Assembly: GCF_009914755.1 (NCBI RefSeq)
Contig: NC_060943.1
Reading direction: 5' to 3' (one strand)
DNA: 64,000 nt
Source of the DNA: the human T2T-CHM13v2.0 reference genome, Homo sapiens
Position numbers and translations under genes: made by a program. Positions 1 through 8,260 of this stretch are shown piece after piece (positions within the stretch are counted from its first letter, which is position 1; every line of letters begins with the position of its first letter). Below the pieces are notes generated by a model. That model did no database searches, had not been told where the DNA came from, and was given only the letters and a program-made list of their open reading frames with translations.

Positions 1-581
1 TTCTTTTTCTCAGCAAGGAACAGCCCTGAGAAAGAGAATGCATTCCTAGGGTTATGCATCTGAAATGGCTTCCCTGGGAACATCTGTCTTTTACTGTTGT
101 AGATAAGGGATGAAATAAGCCCCAGTTTCCCATAGTGCTCCCAGGCTTATTAGAATGAGGAAATTCCCACCTAATATATTTTGGTCAGACCGGTTGTCTG
201 TTCTCAAATCCTGTCTCATGATAAGATGTTATCAATGACAAAGCATGCCCGAAACTTCATTAGCAATTTTAATTTCGCCCTGGTCCTTTGATCTCACCCT
301 GCCTCCCTTTGCCCTTTGATATTTTATTACATTGTGAAGCATGTGATCTCTGTGACCCGCATCCTGTTCGTACACCCCCTCTCCTTTTGAAAATCACTAA
401 TGCTGGTTTTATGGCTCAGGGGGCATCACGGAACCTGCCAACATGTGATGTCACCCCTGGACACCCAGCTTTAAAAATTTTTGTCTTTGTAATTTTCTGT
501 TAATTTCTTAGACCAGTCAACACTTAGGTAAAATAGAATAGGACTCATGTTGAAATATCGGGGGCTGAATTTCCCCTAACA
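1..581 (+). mobile_element. MER11-type LTR of HERV-K(HML-8)/HERVK11, 3' portion (solo LTR or 3' LTR); begins upstream of the window
   Basis: Contains recognisable MER11 motifs (ttctttttctcagcaaggaacagccctgagaaagagaatg; catgtgatctctgtgaccc; ggcatcacggaacctgcc). Ends ...ttcccctaaCA and is followed directly by alpha satellite with no PBS. Homologous to the LTR end at 47905-48161. Confidence 0.9.
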
Positions 582-2075
582 GAGAGTTTCAAACCTATTG
601 TATCAAAATAAAAATTTATCTCTGTAAGATGAATGCACACATCACAAAGCAGTTTCAAAGACAGCTTTTATCTAGTTTTTAACTAGGGATATTCGGTTTT
701 TAACCATAGGACTCAAAATTCTCCCAAATGTTCCCTCATACATTCTAACCAAAGAGTGTTTCCAACTTGCTGAGTGAAAAGAAAGATTCAACACTCTGAG
801 ATGAAGCGACATATCAAAAAGCAGTTTAACAGATAGTCTCTTCCTAGTTTTTATCTGCAGATATTTGGTTTCTCACCAAAGGACTCAAAGGACTTTCAAA
901 AGTCCCTTCGCAGACTCTGCAAAAGTACTGTTTGCAACATGCTGAATGTAAACAAAGGTTTACCTCTCTGGGATGAATCCACACATCAAAAAGAAGTTTC
1001 ACAGATAGACCCTTTCTAGTTTTGATCTTGGGATATTTGGTTTGTCACCATAAACTACAGTGGGCTCAAAAAAGTCCCTTCACAGATTCTAGAAAAAAAG
1101 TGTTTCTAACCTAGTGAATCAAAAACAAGTTTAACCCTTTGAGATGAATCCACATATCACTAAGCTGTTTCACAGAGAGCTTATTTTTAGTTTTTATCTG
1201 GGGGTATTCTGTATTTCACCATAGGCCTTTGGGGTTCCCAAACCTCCCTTTACAGATTCTACCAAAAGAGTGTTTCAAACCTGCTTAATAAAAGAAAAGT
1301 TTTAACTCTGTGAGTTGAATCCACATGTCACAAAAAAGTTTGACAGATAGCTTCTTTCTAGATTTTATCTGGGGATATTCTGTTTTTCACCATAGGCCTC
1401 TATGGGTTCCCAAATGTCCCTTCACAGATTCTACCTAAAGAGTGTTTCAAACCTGCTTTAGCAAAAGAAAAATTTAACTCTGTGAGACAAATCCACACAT
1501 CACAAAGCTGATTTACAGATAGCTTTTTCCTAGTTTTTATCTGAGGATATTTTATTTTTCACCATAGGCCCCTGTGGGCTCCCAAATGTCCCTTTGCAGA
1601 TACTAACAAATAGTGTTTCCAAGCTGTTAAATGAAAACAAATGTTTCCCACTGTGAGATGAATCCACACGTCAGAAAGCAGTTTCACAGATAGCTTTTTT
1701 CTAGTGTTTATCTGGGAATATTTGGTTTTCCACCACAGGCCTCTGTGGACTCCCAAAATATCTTCACAGATTCCACAAAAAGAGTGTACAAAACTTGCTG
1801 ATTCAATAGAGTGGTTAATCTCTGTGAGATGAATCCACAGATTATAGGGCTGTTTCACAGAAAGCTTTTTTCTAGTTTTTATCTGTGAACATTTGTCTCA
1901 AAAAGCTTCAAAATTTCTCTTTGCAGTTTCTATGAAAACAGTGTTTCCAACATGCTGTATCAAAAGAAACGTTGACCTCTATGAGATGAATCCACTCATC
2001 AAAAAGAAGTTCACAGATAGCTTCTTCCTAGTTTTTATCTGGGGATATTGAGTGCTTTTTTTTTAAACATAGGCC
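582..2075 (-). repeat. Alpha satellite, divergent monomeric, reverse orientation (about 9 monomers)
   Basis: Period of about 171 bp (gtgtttccaac-type motif near 582, 753, 926, 1098, 1268, 1440, 1611, 1782, 1940). Matches the reverse complement of the alphoid consensus. Layer-specific motifs gaatCcacac and acagatag. Confidence 0.95.
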
Positions 2076-3469
2076 TATACAAGGCTATAGTAACCAAACA
2101 GCATGGTACTGGTTCCAAAACAGAGATATAGACCAATACAACAGAACAGAGACCTCAGAGATAATACCACTCACACACAACCATCTGATCTTTCAAAAAA
2201 CTGACAAAAACAAGAAATGGGGAAAGGATTCCCTATTTAATAAATGGTGCTGGGAAAACTGGCTGACCATAGATAGAAAGCTGAAACTGGATCCCTTCCT
2301 TACACTTTTTAAAAAATTAATTCAAGATGGATTAAAGACTTAATTGTTAGACCTAAAACCAAAAAATCCCTAGAAGAAAACCTAGGCAATACAATTCACG
2401 ACATAAGCATGGGCAAGGACTTCATGTCTAAAACACCAAACCAATGGCAACAAAAGCCAAAATTGACAAATGGGACCTAATTAAACTAAAGAGCTTCTAC
2501 AGAGCAAAAGAAACTACCATCAGAGTGAACAGGCAACCTACAGAATGGGAGAAAATTTTTGCAATCTACTCATCTGACAAAGGGCTAATATCCAGAATCT
2601 ACAAAGAACTCAAACAAATTTACAAGAAAAAAACAACCCCACCAAAAAGTGGGCAAAGGATATGAGCAGACACTTCTCAAAAGAAGACTTTTATGCAGCC
2701 AAAAGACACATGAAAAAATGTTCATCATCACGGGCCATCAGAGAAATGCAAATCAAAACCACAGTGAGATACCATCTCACATCAGTTAGAATGGCGATCA
2801 TTAAAAAATCAGGAAACAACAGGTGCTGGAGAGGATGTGGAGAAATAGGAACACTTTTACACTGTTAGTGGGACTCTAAATTAGTTCAACCATTGTGGAA
2901 GACATCATGGAAATTCCTCAATGATCTAGAATGAAAAATACCATTTGACCCAGCCATCCCATTCCTGGGTATATACCCAAAGGATTATAAATCATGCTGC
3001 TATAAAGACACACACACACGTATGCTTACTGTGGCACTATTCACAATAGCAAGGACTTGGACTCAACCCAAATATCCATCAATGATAGACTGGATTAAGA
3101 CATATACACCATTGAACAGTATGCAGCCATAAAAAATGATGAGTTCGTGTCCTTTGTAAAGACATGGATGAAGCTGGAAACCATCATTCTCAGCAAACTA
3201 TCACAAGGATAAAAAAGCAAACACCGCATTTTTTCACTCATAGGTGGGAATTGAGCAATAAGAACACATGCACACAGGAAGGAGAACATCACACACCGGG
3301 GCCTGTTGTGAGGTTAGGGTATGGAGGAGGGTTAGCATTAGGAGATATACCTAATGCTAAATGACTATTTAATGGGTGCAGCACACCTACATGGCACACG
3401 TATACATATGTGACAAAACGAAACACTGTACACACGTACCCCAGAAATTAAAGTATAATAATAAAAAAA
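2076..3469 (+). mobile_element. 5'-truncated LINE-1 (L1PA4-6-like): ORF2 C-terminal part, 3'UTR and short poly(A); no TSD
   Basis: ORF fragments [18 protein letters not shown]... and ...[15 protein letters not shown]. 3'UTR ends aagtataataataaaaaaa. Older-type motifs gtggaagaca... and ...cagaa.ttaaag. Multiple frameshifts and stops. Confidence 0.93.
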
Positions 3470-3544
3470 GAGAGATTCAAACTTGCTGTATCAAAATAAA
3501 AATTTAACACCGCAAGATGAATACAGATATCACAAAGCAGTTTC
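3470..3544 (-). repeat. Alpha satellite fragment (75 bp) between two L1 tails
   Basis: Sequence gagagattcaaacttgctgtatcaaaataaaaattt...atcacaaagcagtttc continues in register at 8107-8260 after the L1 TSD. Confidence 0.9.
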
Positions 3545-3781
3545 TCTTTCTTAAATTTTATTATTATTATACTTTAAGTTTTAGGGTACATGTGCACATT
3601 GTGCAGGTTAGTTACATATGTATACATGTGCCATGCTGGTATGCTGCACCCATTAACTCGTCATTTAGCATTAGGTATATCTCCTAATGCTATCCCTCCC
3701 CCCTCCCCCCACCCCACAACAGTCCCCAGAGTGTGATGTTCCCCTTCCTGTGTCCAGGTGTTCTCATTGTTCAATTCCCAC

Positions 3782-6008
3782 CTATGAGTGAGAACATGTG
3801 GTGTTTGGATTTTGTCCTTGTGATAGTTTACTGAGAATGATGATTTCCAATTTCATCGATGTCCCTACAAAGGACATGAACTCATCATTTTTTATGGCTG
3901 CATAGTACTCCATGGTGTATATGTGCCACATTTTCTTAATCCAGTCTATCCTTGTTGGACATTTGGGTTGGTTCCAAGTCTTTGCTATTGTGAATAGTGC
4001 TGCATTAAACATACGTGTGCATGTGTCTTTATAGCAGCATGATTTATAGTCCTTTGGGTATATACCCAGTAATGGGATGGCTGGGTCAAATGGTATTTCT
4101 AGTTCTAGATCCCTGAGGAATTGCCACACTGACTTCCACAATGGTTGAACAAGTTTACAGTCCCACCAATCTCCAGCACCTGTTGTTCCCTGACTTTTTA
4201 ATGATTGCCATTCTAACAGGTGTCAGATGGCATCTCATGGTGGTTTTGATTTGCATTTCTCTGATGGCCAGTGATGGTGAGCATTTTTTCATGTGCTTTT
4301 TGGCTGCATAAATGTCTTCTCTTGAGAAGTCTCTCTTCATATACTTCGTCCACTTTTTGATGGGGTTGTTTATTTTTTTCTTGTAAATTTGTTTGGGTAC
4401 ATTGTAGATTCTGGATATTAGCCCTTTGTCAGATGAGTAGCTTGCAAAAATTTTCTCCCATTTTGTAGGTTGCCTGTTGACTCTGATGGTAGTTTCTTTT
4501 GCTGTGCAGAAGCTCTTTAGTTTAATTAGATCCCATTTGTCAATTTTGGCTTTGGTTGCCATAGCTTTTGGTGTTTTAGACATGAAGTCCTTGTCCATGC
4601 CTATGTCCTGAATGGTAATGCCTAGGTTTTCTTCAAGGGTTTTTATGGTTTTAGTTCTAACTTTTAAGCCTTTACTCCATCTTGAATTAATTTTTGTATA
4701 AGGTGTAAGGAAGGGATCCAGTTTCAGCTTTCTACATGTGGCTAGCCAGTTTTCCCAGAACCATTTACTAAATAGGGAATCCTTTCCCCATTTCTTGTTT
4801 TTCTCAGGTTTGTCAAAGATCAGATAGTTGTAGATATGCGGCGTTATTTCTGAGGGCTCTGTTCTGTTCCATTGATCTATATCTCTGTTTTTGTGCCAGT
4901 ACCATGCTGTTTTGGTTACTGTAGCCTTGTAGTATAGTTTGAAGTCAGATAGTGTGACTATTTCCTTCAATTCTTCTCTGATTTTAGTTATTTCTTGCCT
5001 TCTGCTAGCTTTTGAATGTGTTTGCTCTTGCTTTTCTAGTTCTTTTAATTGTGATGTTAGGGTGTCAATTTTGGATCTTTCCTGCTTTCTCTTGTGGGCT
5101 TTTAGTGCTATAAATTTCCCTCTACACACTGCTTTGAATGTGTCCCAGAGATTCTGGTGTGTTGTGTCTTTGTTCTCGTTGGTTTCAAAGAACATCTTTA
5201 TTTCTGCCTTCATTTCGTTATGTACCCAGTAGTCATTCAGGAGCAGGTTGTTCCGTTTCCTTGTAGTTGAGTGGTTTTGAGTGAATTCCTTAATCCTGAA
5301 TTCTAGTTTGATTGCACTGTGGTCTGAGAGAGAGTTTGTTATAATTTCTGTTCTTTGACATTTGCTGAGGAGAGCTTTACTTCCAACTATGTGGTCAATT
5401 TTGGAATAGGTGTGGTGTGGTGCTGATAAAAATGTATATTCTGTTGATTTGGGGTGGAGAGTTTTGTAGATTTCTATTAGGTCTGCTTGGTGCAGAGCTG
5501 AGTTCAATTCCTGGGTATCCTTGTTGACTTTCTGTCTCGTTGATCTGTCTAATGTTCACAGTGGGGTGTTAAAGTCTCCCATTATTATTGTGTGGGAGTC
5601 TAAGTCTCTTTGTAGGTCACTCAGGACTTGCTTTATGAATCTGGGTGCTCCTGTATTGGCTTCATATATATTTAGAATAGTTAGCTCTTCTTTTTGAATT
5701 GATCCCTTTACCATTATGTAATGGCCTTCTTTGTCTCTTTTGATCTTTGTTGGTTTAAAGTCTGTTTTATCCAAGACTAGGATTGCAACCTCTGCCTTTT
5801 TTTGTTTTCTATTTGCTTGGTAGATCTTCCTCCATCCTTTTATTTTGAGCCTATGTGTGTCTCTGCACATGAGATTGGTTTCCTGAATACAGCACACTGA
5901 TGGATCCTGACTCTTTATCCAATTTGCCAGTCTGTGTCTTTTAATTGGAGCATTTAGTCCATTTACATTTAAAGTTAATATTGTTATGTGTGAATTTGAT
6001 CCTGTCAT
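3782..6008 (-). pseudogene. ORF2: L1 ORF2p remnant: endonuclease fused in frame to the C-terminal region, RT domain missing
   Basis: Starts MTGSNSHITILTLNVNG. EN motifs CIQET, GDFN, SKIDH and SDH are retained. Nonsense TGA at codon 151 (5556-5558). Fusion ELKEIV|TLSDFKLYY at 4957/4958. A 32-bp frameshift deletion lies near 4170. Confidence 0.93.
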
Positions 6009-6071
6009 TATGATGTTAGCTGGTTATTTTGCTCGTTAATTGATGCAGTTTCTTTCTAGCTTTGATGGTCT

Positions 6072-7079
6072 TTACAATTTGGCATGATTTTGCAGTGGTT
6101 GGTACCAGTTGTTCCTTTCCACGTTTAATGTTTCCTTCAGGAGCTCTTTTAGGGCAGGCCTCGTGGTGACAAAATCTCTCAGCATTAGCTTGTCTGTAAA
6201 GTATTTTATTTCTCCTTCACTTATGAATCTTAATTTGGCTGGATATGAAATTCTGGGTTGAAAATTCTTTTCTTTAAGAATGTTGAATATTGGCCCCCAC
6301 TCTCTTCTGGCTTGTAGAGTTGCTGCTGAGAGATCCGCTGTTAGTCTGATGGGCTTCCCTTTGAGGGTAACCCGACCTTTCTCTCTGGCTGCCCTTAACA
6401 TTTTTTCCTTCATTTCAACTTTGGTGAATCTGACAATTATGTGTCTTGGAGTTGCTCTTCCCGAGGAGTATCTTTTTGGCGTTCTCTGTATTTCCTGAAT
6501 CTGAATGTTGGCCTGCCTTGCTAGATTGGGGAAGTTGTCCTGGATAATGTCCTGCAGAGTGTTTTCCAACTTGGTTCCATTCTCCCCATCACTTTCAGGT
6601 ACACCAATCTGACGTAGATTTGGTCATTTCACATAGTCCCATATTTCTTGGAGGCTTTGTTCATTTCTTTTTACTCTAAACTTCCCTTCATGCTTCATTT
6701 CATTCATTTCATCTTCCATCACTGATAACCTTTCTTCCAGTTGATCCCATCAGCTCCTGAGGCTTCGGCATTCTTCACATAGTTCTCAAGTCTTTGCTTT
6801 CAGCTCCATCAGCTCCTTTAAGCACTTCTCTGTATTGGTTATTCTAGTTATACATTCGTCTAAATTTTTTTCAAAGTTTTTAACTTTTTTGCCTTTGGTT
6901 TGAACATCCTCCTGTAGCTCAGATTAGTTTGATCATCTGAAGCCTTCTTCTCTCAACTCGTCTAAGTAATTCTCCATCCAGCTTTGTTGCGTTGCTCGTG
7001 AGGAGCTGCGTTCCTTTGGAGGAGGAGATGCCCTCTGCTTTTTAGAGTTTCCAGTTTTTCTGCTCTGTTTTTTCCCCAT
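6072..7079 (-). pseudogene. ORF1: L1 ORF1p, disrupted
   Basis: ATG GGG AAA AAA CAG at 7079. The C-terminal ORF 6569-6072 (…ARREWGPIFNILKEKNFQPRISYPAKL…NHAKL) is open. At least one premature CpG-type stop and a small deletion lie in the coiled-coil part. Confidence 0.92.
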
Positions 7080-8106
7080 CTTTGTGGTTTTATGTACTTT
7101 TGGTCTTTGAGGATGGTGATGTACAGATAGTTTTTGGTGTGGATATCCTTTCTGTTTGTTAGTTTTCTTTCTAACAGACAGGACCCTCAGCTGCAGGTCT
7201 GTTGGAGTTTGCTAGAGGTCCACTCCAGACCCTGTTTGCCTGGGTATCAAGAGCGTTGGCTGCAGAGCAGCTGATTTTTGTGCACCACAAATATTGCTGT
7301 CTGATCGTTCCTCTGGAAGTTTTGTCTCAGAGGAGTACCTGGCCGTGTGATGTGTCAGTCTGCCCTTACTGGGGGGTGCCTCCCAGTTAGGCTGCTCAGG
7401 GGTTCGGGGTCAGGGACCCACTTGAGGAGGCACTCTGCCTGTTTTCAGATCTCCAGCTTCATGCTGGGAGAAACACTGCTGTCTTCAAATCTGTCAGACA
7501 GGAACATTTAAGTCTGGAGAGGTTACTGTTCTTTATTTTTGTCTGTGCCCTGCCCCCAGAGGTGGAGCCTACAGAGGCAGGCAGGCCTCTTTGGGCTGTG
7601 GTGGGCTCCATCAAGTTGGAGCTTCCCGGCTGCTTTGTTTACCTAAGGAAGCCTGGGCAATGGCGGGTGCCCCTCCCCCAGCCTTGCTGCCACCTTGTAG
7701 TTTGATCTCAGACTGTTGTGCTAGCAATCAGTGAGACTTCGTGGGCATAGGACCCTCCAAGAAGGTGTGGGATGTTTTCTCCTGGTGTGCCGTTTTTTAA
7801 GCCCATTGGAAAAGTGCAGTATTAGGGTGGGAGTGACCCGATTTTCCAGGTGCTGTCTGTCACCCCTTTCTTTGACTAGGAAAGGGTACTCCCTGACCCC
7901 TTGAATTTCCTGAGTGAGGCAATGCCTCGCCCTGCTTCGCCTTGCACATGCTGTGCTGCACCAACTGTCCTGTGCCCACTGTCTCGCACTCCCTAGTGAG
8001 ATGAACCCGGTATCCCAGATGGAAATGCAGAAATCACCTCTCTTCTGTGTCACTCACACTGGGAGCTGTAGACTGGGGCTGTTCCTATTTGTCCATCTTG
8101 GCTGCC
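7080..8106 (-). promoter_or_regulatory. L1 5'UTR with internal sense promoter and antisense promoter; includes the 129-bp ZNF93-bound segment (7207-7335) and a mutated YY1 site (8091-8102)
   Basis: Matches the L1PA 5'UTR. The segment gtttgctagaggtcc...ctcagaggag is 129 bp and is absent from L1PA2/L1HS. YY1 motif CAAGATGGCC reads CAAGATGGAC. CpGs are heavily decayed. Confidence 0.85.
7660..7734 (+). pseudogene. ORF0: L1 antisense ORF0, truncated at codon 25
   Basis: ATG GCG GGT GCC CCT CCC CCA... translates to MAGAPPPALLPPCSLISDCCASNQ, followed by TGA (CGA>TGA) at 7732-7734. Confidence 0.8.
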
Positions 8107-8260
8107 CACAAACCAGTTTCAAAGACAGCTTTTTTTCTAGTTTTTTTCTGGGGACATTTGTTTTTTCACCATAAGCCTCAAAATCTCCCAAATATTCCTC
8201 ATACATTCTAACCAAAAAGTGTTTCCAACTTATTGAGTAAAAAGAATGGTTCATCATTGT
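8107..8260 (-). repeat. Alpha satellite, reverse orientation; last monomer before the inversion junction
   Basis: Sequence cacaaaccagtttcaaagacagc...gtgtttccaacttattgagtaaaaagaatggttcatcattgt. Confidence 0.9.

Larger units (their letters stand above)
3545..8106 (-). mobile_element. LINE-1, originally full length (L1PA3-like, retaining the 129-bp 5'UTR segment), with an internal ORF2 deletion of about 1.55 kb
   Basis: The 5' end gcagccaagatgg, 5'UTR, ORF1, ORF2 and 3'UTR are all present. TSD cacaaagcagtttc (3531-3544) / cacaaaccagtttc (8107-8120). Pre-insertion site on the L1 strand is TTT/GAAA, an L1 endonuclease-type site. Confidence 0.96.

Noticed and set aside
2076-8106. Single twin-primed (5'-inverted) L1 insertion
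   Set aside because: Each L1 has its own 3'UTR and tail, their sequences overlap and differ in subfamily motifs, and the second has its own TSD.
4939-8257. Antisense or UTR ORFs over the L1 (4939-5232, 6280-6498, 7202-7390, 7721-8053, 7914-8174)
   Set aside because: They are incidental frames of L1 sequence. Only ORF0 is an established antisense ORF, and it is truncated here.
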